This document shows positions 39,301-46,975 of a stretch of 64,000 nucleotides of DNA, piece after piece; the stretch's first letter is position 1; every line of letters starts with the position of its first letter. The stretch is from positions 672,001 through 736,000 of the forward strand of contig CAWAMW010000002.1 in assembly GCA_963783305.1 (NCBI GenBank), given 5' to 3'. The DNA comes from an uncultured Gemmatimonadales bacterium. Lineage in GTDB: Bacteria; Gemmatimonadota; Gemmatimonadetes; Longimicrobiales; RSA9. The position numbers and the translations under genes were made by a program. The notes under the pieces are model-generated. The model was given only the letters and a program-made list of their open reading frames with translations. It had not been told where the DNA came from and ran no database searches.

Positions 39301-39547
39301 CCGGGCACTCCCGGCAGGTCGTGCGGTAGCGAGTGGAGACGCCCGGAACGATCTCCTCGGGCTGTACCAGATACGGGATCAGCCGGTCGGGCTCCACGGC
39401 ACACCCCGTCGCTGTGGCACCCACGCCCGCGACGCCGAGGACCTTGAGGAAGTCCCTCCGCTCCATCCCGTTTCCGTTCTCTTCCTGCGGGCCAGCGCCC
39501 TCAGAGCCGTTTACGATCGGCAACACACCCTCACGATTGTTCGACAT
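36347..39547 (-). CDS. actB: Alternative complex III ActB (molybdopterin-oxidoreductase-like plus Fe-S fusion)
   Basis: Tat motif ERRDFLK; CRECPAGC; C-terminal CIGCSACQTAC, CQQCGNAPCEPVCP, CVGTRYCANNCP, KCTFC. Confidence 0.95.
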   Translation of the reverse strand: MSNNREGVLPIVNGSEGAGPQEENGNGMERRDFLKVLGVAGVGATATGCAVEPDRLIPYLVQPEEIVPGVSTRYRTTCRECPAGCGMTLETREGRAIKAEGSPASPISHGKLCARGQASLHGLYDPDRIPQAMVPSGDSWSKVSWDRAEQSLAEALQRARGRTVVLSRPEPGSMDRLLDEWSRAVGARRVRYESFGHAPIREAHRRLYGRAALPIYDFEQAEVVVSFGADFMETWLSPVDYSHGYVEGHAYRAGKRGEFIAVTPHQSLTDLNADQWIAPRPGTEHLVALALARLVLDENGGGGGGAAAAMIGTVDPDAFAETAGVDIDQLRLAAHAFASRPSLAVGPGVQTTSAAATTLATAVAALNEAAGNLGTTVRLGQDEPEVAGYREMLALLEEMEGGRVAALLVHGPNPLYDLPDHERVAAALARVPFVASFSPWLDETSAQAHLLLPDHHFLESWGDYEPRPGVHSLIQPVMTPVFDTKQTGDVLLSVARRVNAALPTRATTFYDYLREQWQELQGTAGGAGSFDEWWTRALRNGVIVTDEYSQPQTLGAGAGAGELSLDVPTLGGEGEFALVVYPSYRFYDGRLANRPWLQELPDPVTKHTWGSVLEMNPRTAEEYGLDNGHIVEVSTPYGSVELPVWLHPGVRQDTIAIQLGQGHERMGRYAQGRGVNAIRLLAPQVDEESGGLVWIQTTADVTPTGRWERQPFSSDQYDVSGRHLLETVSLEEARKYDTVAGGIVAGQVPVGGAEPGPTPEGGLMGQLPHEEIGHGPTVHPTETVIPSLQGAGGFAPLRVQGGPADYPPPGTHYGEYSEVQPRWSMAVDLERCIGCSACQTACQAENNIGMVGPELVAQGRMIQWMRIERYFEEEDEAAVHEMDGGATHRKTTFLPMMCQQCGNAPCEPVCPVYASYHTPDGLNGQVYNRCVGTRYCANNCPYKVRYFNYFTYEWPEPLNWQLNPEVAVRSKGIMEKCTFCVQRIRGAQHQARVEGRAVGDGEIRPACAETCPGNAIVFGNIEDPNSRVAQVVESSRGFRVFEELNTQSAVVYLKKVSTDEAEGAAH

Positions 39548-39557
39548 CAGCTCGCCG

Positions 39558-40079
39558 TCAGTAGTGGCAGACGGTGCAATCGGTGCGAACCTCGCGCGTC
39601 CGATGGCATTCGAGGCACCACCCCATGTTCAGGTCCTGCGCCTCCTCGATCACCGCCATCGACTCCACCTCGCCGTGGCATTCCTGGCACTCCAGGTCCT
39701 CGGCGTTCACGTGGATCATGTGCGGGAAATGGGCGTGATCGGGCAGGTCGTACACCCGGACCCACGGGATCCGACGACCCTCGTTCCAGTACGACGTGAG
39801 GATCCGCACCCCCGGGCTGTCCGCCGCCACCATGGGGACCCCGCCGGGGATATGACACCCGGCGCACACCTCGACCGCCGGGAGCCCGGCGTCCACCGAG
39901 CGGTCCGCGCTCGAATGGCAGTACATGCACGGGATCTGGTTCGTGCCCACGTGCACGTCGTGGGGGAACGGGATCGGCTGCTCCGGCGCGGTTCCGATCC
40001 GGCTGCCGGCCGCGAATACGCCAGCCCCGACGAGCGCCAGCAACGCGACTCCTAGGAGTATGAGAGTCCCTCGTCCCAT
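39558..40079 (-). CDS. actA: Alternative complex III pentaheme cytochrome c ActA
   Basis: N-terminal TM, QPIPFPH, five CxxCH motifs (CMYCH, CAGCH, CQECH, CLECH, CTVCH). Confidence 0.95.
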   Translation of the reverse strand: MGRGTLILLGVALLALVGAGVFAAGSRIGTAPEQPIPFPHDVHVGTNQIPCMYCHSSADRSVDAGLPAVEVCAGCHIPGGVPMVAADSPGVRILTSYWNEGRRIPWVRVYDLPDHAHFPHMIHVNAEDLECQECHGEVESMAVIEEAQDLNMGWCLECHRTREVRTDCTVCHY

Positions 40080-40200
40080 CCACATTTCGGCGTGAGGGGC
40101 CGCGTAGTGGGCCCGACTACAGTATGACCGGGGGTTTGCCCCACCGGTCAGGAAGGCGGCAAATGTGATACGGGTCCAGCATGGGCGCAACCCCGGGCGA

Positions 40201-40803
40201 CTATCCCTGGCGCATGTCCTCGGGGGCCATCAGGGCGGCGCGGAGCACCCGTGACCAGAGCGCCTCCGCCTCCTCTTTCGGCTCGTCTCCCAGCGCCTCC
40301 GAATCCATGACCCGACGGGCCGCATCGGAGTCGCCGAGCTTGTGCAGGTGGTCGGCGAGGAGCGCTCTCAGCTGCGGGTTGTACGTCGCCTCCGCCATCA
40401 GCCAGATCTGTGTAAGCGCCAGGTCCGCCTGGCCCGCATCCACCGCGGCCTGCACATACTCGTCCACTTCCCACTGTGCGTCGCTGAGCAGCCCTTTCCC
40501 GATGGAGAGCCACGCCAGCGTGCAGCGGGCGCGGACCGCGCTGGGGGAGATGCGGAGCAGCTTTCGGCAGACGGCTCCCGCGGCGTTGTAGCGTCCCGCC
40601 CTCAGGTAGGCGTCGATCGCGCGGCCGTAATAGCCCAGTGCCCTGCTCCGCTCCTGCGCCTCCACACAGAGGTCGCCCGCCCGGTTGAAGAACTGGGCGT
40701 CGAACCCCGGCAGCGCGATCTCCGCCTGCTGCTCGAGCGATTTCAGTCGCTTGTCCAGACCCGGCTCGGGTTCCGGCGAATCCCTCAGGTGCTTGAAGAT
40801 CAT
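40201..40803 (-). CDS. TPR-like hypothetical protein
   Basis: ATG overlaps the upstream stop (ATGA); helical repeats FNRAGDLC..RALGYYGRAIDAYL..AAGAVCRKLLRISP. Confidence 0.7.
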   Translation of the reverse strand: MIFKHLRDSPEPEPGLDKRLKSLEQQAEIALPGFDAQFFNRAGDLCVEAQERSRALGYYGRAIDAYLRAGRYNAAGAVCRKLLRISPSAVRARCTLAWLSIGKGLLSDAQWEVDEYVQAAVDAGQADLALTQIWLMAEATYNPQLRALLADHLHKLGDSDAARRVMDSEALGDEPKEEAEALWSRVLRAALMAPEDMRQG

Positions 40804-42119
40804 CTTGGTCGTTGGAACGTATCCGCCGATCGAGCATGTGCAAAGTGCCGATCGGCGTGATGCTCCAGGAGCGCGAGCGCGGGGACTTCCGCCGCGGATC
40901 GCGACGCTCCCGGCCATTCACCGCCACTGGTGTTCTCCCCAGCGACGGGCTCGCGGTCCCCCTGTAACGCGAGGACCAGTGCGACCCCGGCGATCCCCGC
41001 CACCAGCAGGGCGCCCGGCAGCGGCCGGTCCGGGGGGCCCAGCGGTTCCGGTCGTGGGAGCAGGATGAAGCAGGCGGCGAGGAGCACGCCCGTGGCGACG
41101 AGAATCCAGGGGACCACGTTTCCGATCCACGGCGCGGGCGATGCCGGGCGCAACGCGAGGTCGAACAGCACGGTCAGCAGCACGAAGAGGACGAGCCCGG
41201 CGGTGACGGGAGTACCGCTCCGGCGCCCGCTGGCGGGATCGAAGGCGCGGGTGATCAGCAGCAGCGCGGCCAGGTGTCCCACGGCCATGAACCCGGCCAC
41301 CACGCTTCCGTCCAGCCAGTGGCCAAGCAGGGCAGAGGCCGTGATCAACCCCGCCAGCAGCAACGTCACCATCCGGCCGCCGGTAGGACGGCGAAGCAGG
41401 AGCGCACCGCCGAACGCTGCGGCCCCGGCGACCCCCACCAGTGCGGCGGCCAACGGGTACTCCGCCCCCGTCCAGCGGGCGATCACGGGCGCAACGCCGA
41501 GCAGGTGCAGGTCGAGGAAGAAGATGCCCCCGAGAGCAAGTCCACCCCTCAGCCTTAGCCCGCCGGAGCGGCGCTCCAGCTCGTTCCGTCCCCCCGAGCG
41601 CGCCGGGTCCCGGCGCCACAGGAGGACCGCCGCAACGAGGCCGAGGGAGAGGATCACCTGGACCGGAAGCCAGCTCGGGCGCAACGAGATGTCGTGGCCT
41701 GACCCGGCCGTGCGCAACAGCTGGTCGGCCACGAGACCCAGGATGAAGCCGGCTCCGAGCGCTCTTCGGCCCACCAGGCCCACCGCCCACTTGAGGAACA
41801 TGGCCGCGCACGCCAGCACCAGGGCGCCACCGAGCGCGCGTGTCACGAGCGACGGGTGACCGAGCGGCAGCCGGAATACCGCCGCGCCCACGGCGGCGAC
41901 GACCACGGCCGTGTGGCGGTCGAGCCAGCGGGCCAGGGGGAGCAGGGGGGCGAAGAGCGCGAGGAGAGGGAGGAGCGCGATGGCCGCGGGCCCGAGGTGG
42001 AAGGCCGGCGTCAGGGCGTCCCGGGTCAGGATGAATAGCGACGCGAAGAACGCCCGCTGCCCCTGAGCGAAGAAGAGAGCGACGAGAGCCGCCATGAGGA
42101 GCGGCCAGGCCCGACGCAT
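40800..42119 (-). CDS. Polytopic membrane protein of unknown function (about 12-13 TM)
   Basis: Continuous hydrophobic helices; 4 nt after the kinase stop and coupled to the next gene. Confidence 0.75.
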   Translation of the reverse strand: MRRAWPLLMAALVALFFAQGQRAFFASLFILTRDALTPAFHLGPAAIALLPLLALFAPLLPLARWLDRHTAVVVAAVGAAVFRLPLGHPSLVTRALGGALVLACAAMFLKWAVGLVGRRALGAGFILGLVADQLLRTAGSGHDISLRPSWLPVQVILSLGLVAAVLLWRRDPARSGGRNELERRSGGLRLRGGLALGGIFFLDLHLLGVAPVIARWTGAEYPLAAALVGVAGAAAFGGALLLRRPTGGRMVTLLLAGLITASALLGHWLDGSVVAGFMAVGHLAALLLITRAFDPASGRRSGTPVTAGLVLFVLLTVLFDLALRPASPAPWIGNVVPWILVATGVLLAACFILLPRPEPLGPPDRPLPGALLVAGIAGVALVLALQGDREPVAGENTSGGEWPGASRSAAEVPALALLEHHADRHFAHARSADTFQRPR

Positions 42120-42123
42120 CCCG

Positions 42124-44238
42124 TCAGTCCACGGGGTCGTTCGACGATGTCAGGGCCCGCTGGACCTGCTGGTCACGGGTGGCCGGACGCACCCGCAACG
42201 GCAGGTCGATGTAGAACGTGGACCCCTCGCCGTAGGAGCTCTCCACGCGGATGTGCCCCTCCAGGAGCGCCACCAGCTTGCGGGTGATCGACAGTCCCAG
42301 GCCCGTGCCGCCGTACTCCCGGGTCGGGGATTGGTCGACCTGGCGGAAATCGTCGAAAATGGTCTCCACATCCTCGCTCTTGATGCCGATACCGGTATCG
42401 GCCACCGAGATCCCGATCCGGTCGTCCCCGATCCGGGTCGCCTCGAGCGTCACGCCGCCCTCGGAGGTGAACTTGATGGCATTGGACAGCAGGTTCAGGA
42501 GGATCTGCTTGATCTTGGTCCGGTCGGTGAACATGTCCGGTAGCTCGGGCTCCGCCTCCACCTCGAGGTCGAGCCTCTTCTCCCGGGCCAGTGGCTCCAC
42601 GGCCTCGCGCAGCTCGCCCACCATCTGACGTACCGAGACCTCCTCGAGGTACACCGGCATCTTGCCGGCCTCGATCTTGGACAGGTCGAGAATATCGTTG
42701 ATCAGGTCGAGCAGGTGCTGCGACGCGGTGTTCACCTTGTCGAGCCCCCCCTTCTGCTTCTCCGTCAGCTCGCCGTAGATCTCTTCCCGCATCAGGGAGG
42801 TGTAGCCGAGCACAGCGTTGATGGGCGTCCGGAGCTCGTGGCTCATGCTCGCCAGGAACTCGCTCTTCAGCCGAGACGCTTTCTCGAGCTCCCGACTCTG
42901 CCATTCCAGGCGACGGTTCCGCTCCGCCAGCTCCACCGTAGCCAGCCGGATCCGGTCCTCCAGCTCTTCGTTCAGCTGCTTGAGCTCCCCCGCCAGCCTC
43001 TCGTTCTCCACCACCTGCGTCAGGTCGTGGATCACGCTCACAATGGCCGTGGGCTCGCCCCGCGCGTTCAGGATCTTGCTGCTCACCACCTCCACAGGGA
43101 GGACGATCTCGTCCTCCGGGTCCTGCAGATCGATCTTCTCCACCCGCCGGTCTTCCGGCCGGAGGAGGAAATCGCTCATGAGGCTGGTGAACTTGGTGTC
43201 ATTCGCCCGAACAGCCCGGCGGTGGGCGGACTCCGGGGTCGTATCGGGGGGCGCCTCGAACAGCCGCTCGCCCTGGCGGTTCATGAGGATGATGTTCGAA
43301 TGGTCGTCGGTGACCAGGATCGGGTCACCCACGTTCTCCAGCGTCGCGTTCAGCCGCTCCCACTCCTCCCGGACCCGCTCCTCGGCGGTCCGGGACCGCT
43401 GGAACTGCGCCTCCAGCTCGGTCACCGCCCGCTTCAGGTCGGTGATGTTCCGGAGGATCGACAGGTATGCGCCATCGCTCTTCGCCTGCGGGACCGGCGT
43501 CGGCAGCACCTCGAACAGCAGGTCCGAGCCGTCCGATGGGTCCACGAGGTTCAACTCCCGCGGCTTGGTGTGCGTGGTGCTGATCACGGACTGCGTCAGG
43601 AACGAGCTGAACAGCAGGTTGTTCAGCTGTACGGCCCGGCGGCGGCCCTCGCTGTCACCGGTGTCCGCGGAGAAGAGCTGGTCCGCCCGATCGTTGGCAA
43701 GCATGATGTTGTTGGTGGCGTCGGTGAGGACCACCGGGTCGGGCAGGCTGTTGACGATGGTGGTCAGGAGCTCGCGCTCCTCGGCCAGCCGTGCGCTCCG
43801 GGCCTTGAGCTCGCGAACCACCCGGATCCGGTCCAGCGTCTCCGCGTGCTCCCGGAAGACGCCGGCGAGCCGATCGACCCGGTCCGTCTCCGCCGTCCCC
43901 TGCACCAGGATCGCGCCCCACACCTCGGGGCGTCCAACAGGCAGAACCAGCGCCTCTCCGCTGTCCATGGCGGGGGCCGGAACCCGCGCCTGCTCACCGG
44001 TCCGGAGGGCATCGCCCAGAGGCGTATCCTCCTGACGAGCCACCTCGAGCATGGACGCGGTCACCTGCTGACTGTGACCGATCCCCACCACACGCAAGCG
44101 ACCCCGGTCCCTGAACAGGACCATCCCCTGCTTCAAACCGCTGGCGGACAGCGCCCGCTCCAGCACGAGGGAAAGGCCATCGGCGGGTTCCGTGGTCTTC
44201 GCCAGCCGGTCTGCTAGACCCGGTGTCGCCGTGGCCAT
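42124..44238 (-). CDS. Soluble sensor histidine kinase (GAF-like + 2 PAS + HisKA + HATPase)
   Basis: PAS starts IVNSLPDPVVLTD and TLENVGDPILVTD; H-box FLASMSHELRTP; NLLSNAIKFT, DTGIGI, GGTGLGL; no TM segment. Confidence 0.93.
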   Translation of the reverse strand: MATATPGLADRLAKTTEPADGLSLVLERALSASGLKQGMVLFRDRGRLRVVGIGHSQQVTASMLEVARQEDTPLGDALRTGEQARVPAPAMDSGEALVLPVGRPEVWGAILVQGTAETDRVDRLAGVFREHAETLDRIRVVRELKARSARLAEERELLTTIVNSLPDPVVLTDATNNIMLANDRADQLFSADTGDSEGRRRAVQLNNLLFSSFLTQSVISTTHTKPRELNLVDPSDGSDLLFEVLPTPVPQAKSDGAYLSILRNITDLKRAVTELEAQFQRSRTAEERVREEWERLNATLENVGDPILVTDDHSNIILMNRQGERLFEAPPDTTPESAHRRAVRANDTKFTSLMSDFLLRPEDRRVEKIDLQDPEDEIVLPVEVVSSKILNARGEPTAIVSVIHDLTQVVENERLAGELKQLNEELEDRIRLATVELAERNRRLEWQSRELEKASRLKSEFLASMSHELRTPINAVLGYTSLMREEIYGELTEKQKGGLDKVNTASQHLLDLINDILDLSKIEAGKMPVYLEEVSVRQMVGELREAVEPLAREKRLDLEVEAEPELPDMFTDRTKIKQILLNLLSNAIKFTSEGGVTLEATRIGDDRIGISVADTGIGIKSEDVETIFDDFRQVDQSPTREYGGTGLGLSITRKLVALLEGHIRVESSYGEGSTFYIDLPLRVRPATRDQQVQRALTSSNDPVD

Positions 44239-44245
44239 AATGCCG

Positions 44246-44545
44246 TTATTCCGCTTCTTCCAACCGGCGCCGGAGCTCGAGGTTCTCCGCGCGCATGCGC
44301 TCCAGCTCCGCCGAGTCACCACTGGACAGGGACTGAGGACGCGATACCGAGGGCAGCGTTCCTACCGCCTCCGCATACTTGAGGTAGGTGTCGATGGCGG
44401 CCACGACGATTCTCGCCTCCACCGTCACCAGATCGATCCCCACGAGCGAGACGCGCACGTAGGCGTCGATCACTATGCCCTTGTCCAGCACCCGATCCAG
44501 AACGTCGATGAGGCTGGTTCCTGCGGGTGCCCTTTCTACCGCCAT
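44246..44545 (-). CDS. gvpA: Gas vesicle structural protein GvpA with C-terminal extension
   Basis: [52 protein letters not shown] closely matches the GvpA core; GGAG RBS. Confidence 0.95.
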   Translation of the reverse strand: MAVERAPAGTSLIDVLDRVLDKGIVIDAYVRVSLVGIDLVTVEARIVVAAIDTYLKYAEAVGTLPSVSRPQSLSSGDSAELERMRAENLELRRRLEEAE

Positions 44546-44594
44546 TGGCCCTGCTCCGGGTTTATTGGATTAAACGACATCAGCATTCCCGCCA

Positions 44595-44912
44595 CTACCC
44601 GCGCAGCTGATGGTCTTCCAGCGCTTGCAATCTTCGTGACAATTCGTCCAGCTTCTCGCCGAGACCCGCCCCCACCTCATCCCTCTTGGCGTACGTGGAG
44701 AGGCGCGGGTCCGTCTTCCACCAGTCCATGCCGACCTCTTCCGCCTTGTCCAGCGAACAGACCAGCAGGCGGATCTGGATCGTCAGAAGCTCGACATCGG
44801 CCAGCTTGATCCGGATGTCACCGGCAATCATCAGGCCTTTGTCCAGCACGCGGTCGAGCACATCGACCAGTCCCTGGGACCGCTGTGGTCCCAAATCGTA
44901 TCGCTCCGCCAA
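44595..44912 (-). CDS. gvpJ: Gas vesicle protein, GvpA/GvpJ family
   Basis: [54 protein letters not shown] start. Confidence 0.88.
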   Translation of the reverse strand: MAERYDLGPQRSQGLVDVLDRVLDKGLMIAGDIRIKLADVELLTIQIRLLVCSLDKAEEVGMDWWKTDPRLSTYAKRDEVGAGLGEKLDELSRRLQALEDHQLRG

Positions 44913-44930
44913 TTCAGTATCCCCTAGGGT

Positions 44931-45317
44931 TCAGAGCAGCCGGCCCAATGGACCGAGATCTATGTTCAGGTCCTCTTTCTCGAGCCCGAAGGCCTCCCGC
45001 ACCATATCGAGGCGCTCCTCGAGGCGCATGAGCGCCAGGCCCAACTGCTCCATTTCGTCATCGCTCAGGGTCCCGCCCTCCATCCGCCGCACCGCCTGGT
45101 GCTCGAGCACCTGGCGGATGAACTCGACCAGAGTGAGCACGAGCTGACTGACTCCGCTCTCGATGTCGTCCGGCGAGGCCTCGAGCCTGGACGGCAGAGA
45201 CGGCGCCACATCTCGCAGTTCCGCCGCGAGCCGCTCCATCTCGGCTTTGATTTCTGTGGCCTCAGCCGATCCGGCGTCCAGCGAGTTCCGGGCCGCGCGG
45301 GCGTCGTCAGCTGCCAT
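44931..45317 (-). CDS. gvpK: Gas vesicle protein GvpK
   Basis: LVLTLVEFIRQVLEHQAVRRMEGGTL..EQLGLALM...DLNIDLGPLGRLL signature. Confidence 0.95.
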   Translation of the reverse strand: MAADDARAARNSLDAGSAEATEIKAEMERLAAELRDVAPSLPSRLEASPDDIESGVSQLVLTLVEFIRQVLEHQAVRRMEGGTLSDDEMEQLGLALMRLEERLDMVREAFGLEKEDLNIDLGPLGRLL

Positions 45318-45981
45318 CCTGAACGAATCCGTAGGGGGGCCAGGGACCACTGGTCACGAACCGGAGCTCGGGGCGGTGGTCGGTGAACCTGTGTACTCTA
45401 TCGCCGTAATTGCCAGTATCATGCCGCCCCACCAGGTGCGCGATGGCCACGATACCATCGGTGCCGCCGGGGCGGACGCTGTGGGCGCGGACCAGCGGGC
45501 CGAGGAACGACAGCAGTTCTGCGGCGATCTGGGCCCCGCGAAGGTGTGCCCGCTGGAGCGTCTCCTCGCGCCGCGCCAGCCCCTCCAGGTACGCTCGCCC
45601 ACTGCTGCGGTCGGGCGGGACGGGATCGTGCCGCTCCGGGTCCATGACCCGCACGCCGAATTCCAGGGCGTCCCGCACGCGTTCGAGTGAGGCCTCCAGC
45701 GTCGCTCGCCGGCTCTCCAGCCCATCGCGCAGCTCCGTCTCGTCCACGTACCACTGGCCGAAGCGCATGGGGAGCGGGGTCCGCACCGTGGAAGACGCTT
45801 CCACCACGGCGTTGTGGGCCCGCACGCGCTCGAGCGAGGCCCCGGGGGCGCTGTCGAGCGTTGCGACCCAGGTCCGGAAGCCGGCGATGTCAAGCGCCCG
45901 AACGGCGGCGCCCTCGATCCCCTGGATCGACTGCGGCTCCGGGTGGTCCGCGGCGCCCACGGCGTAGAGGTAGAGTCCCAT
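45307..45981 (-). CDS. gvpL: Gas vesicle protein, GvpL/GvpF family
   Basis: YLYAV, AHNAVVE, PLPMRFG, EFGVRV, SGPWPPYGF motifs. Confidence 0.9.
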   Translation of the reverse strand: MGLYLYAVGAADHPEPQSIQGIEGAAVRALDIAGFRTWVATLDSAPGASLERVRAHNAVVEASSTVRTPLPMRFGQWYVDETELRDGLESRRATLEASLERVRDALEFGVRVMDPERHDPVPPDRSSGRAYLEGLARREETLQRAHLRGAQIAAELLSFLGPLVRAHSVRPGGTDGIVAIAHLVGRHDTGNYGDRVHRFTDHRPELRFVTSGPWPPYGFVQDGS

Positions 45982-46202
45982 CAGTCTTCCCGCGGGTCGT
46001 CGCGCGGCCGGGCTGGCAGCGCCCTCTCACTCAGCGCTTCCATTCCGCTCAGGAGGAGGCGGAGCTCCAGGTAGACCAGGTCGACCCCCGCTACGCTGAT
46101 GGTCACGTCGCCCCGGAGTACGACGCCCCGGTCGAGGACGCGGTCCACGAGCTCTACGAGTCGTACGCGGTCGTCGAGGGGACCCACCTCGTCGTTGCTC
46201 AT
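45981..46202 (-). CDS. gvpS: Small gas vesicle protein, GvpA family (GvpS-like)
   Basis: C-terminal 73 aa of ORF 45981..46790: LVELVDRVLDRGVVLRGDVTISVAGVDLVYLELRLLL; overlaps both neighbours. Confidence 0.85.
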   Translation of the reverse strand: MSNDEVGPLDDRVRLVELVDRVLDRGVVLRGDVTISVAGVDLVYLELRLLLSGMEALSERALPARPRDDPRED

Positions 46203-46975
46203 GTTTCGCGCATGAAGCGGTAGGGCGCCCACGGGCCGGTCAGGCCGACGGTGAGTCCGAGCGGTTCCAGTCGCTGGCGCTCGGTGGCCAGCTGGTCGAA
46301 GAGCGGCTTCTCCTCGTCCCGGTCCACCAGGAGCGCGACATTGAGCGTGGTGGGCTCCGCGTCCGACGGGGGATCGAGCGTAACCACCTCGCGGGCCCGT
46401 GGTCGGATGGTATCCAGGAGCTCCCGCGCCATGCGTTGCGCGGCGCTGCGCCCCTCCGTCCGGGCCAGGTCCTTCCGCTTCTTCTCCAGGAGGAACCTCT
46501 TCCCGGGGCTCGCCTCCTCGATCTCCCGGTCGAGGCGGCCCACGTCCTCCGAGACCTCGCCGAGGTGCGCGAGCAGCCGAGCGGCGTCGGAGCCGATGCG
46601 AAGGTCCCACTCGCGGAGCCCATCCAGGCGCTCCAGCTCCTCCTGGATCCGGCCGGCCTCCCGCTCCATCGTCGCCCGCACCGAGGCCTCTCCGCTGAAC
46701 AGGGTGAGGAGCCGCGAGGGGAGAATGCTCGCGTGGTCGACGAACCAGGCCACGACCTGCTCGTGACTCAAACCCTGTTCCGCCATCCACTCCACATCCG
46801 CGCAGTTGCGCTCCAGCGCCGGACCGCTGAACTCGTCCGAGTGGATCCGGCTCATGACCGCCGTGAACCCCGGCCCGGTCAGCCGCTCGACCGGAGCATC
46901 GGCCACGCCCAGCAGCCCACCGGAGGGCAGCTGGGTGGCGTCGGGGACGAACCCGTAGAGGTAGATCACGCTCAT
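46199..46975 (-). CDS. gvpL: Gas vesicle protein, GvpL/GvpF family
   Basis: IYLYGFV, HEQVV, ILPSRLLTLF, EWDLRI, PGKRFLLEKK, TGPWAPYRF motifs. Confidence 0.9.
   Translation of the reverse strand: MSVIYLYGFVPDATQLPSGGLLGVADAPVERLTGPGFTAVMSRIHSDEFSGPALERNCADVEWMAEQGLSHEQVVAWFVDHASILPSRLLTLFSGEASVRATMEREAGRIQEELERLDGLREWDLRIGSDAARLLAHLGEVSEDVGRLDREIEEASPGKRFLLEKKRKDLARTEGRSAAQRMARELLDTIRPRAREVVTLDPPSDAEPTTLNVALLVDRDEEKPLFDQLATERQRLEPLGLTVGLTGPWAPYRFMRET

Noticed and set aside
36350..39799. 1149-aa plus-strand ORF, and similar long ORFs such as 4527..6581, 19570..21474, 56742..58529 and 60743..63142
   Set aside because: Antisense to well-supported genes, Arg/Pro/His-rich, and without recognisable motifs.
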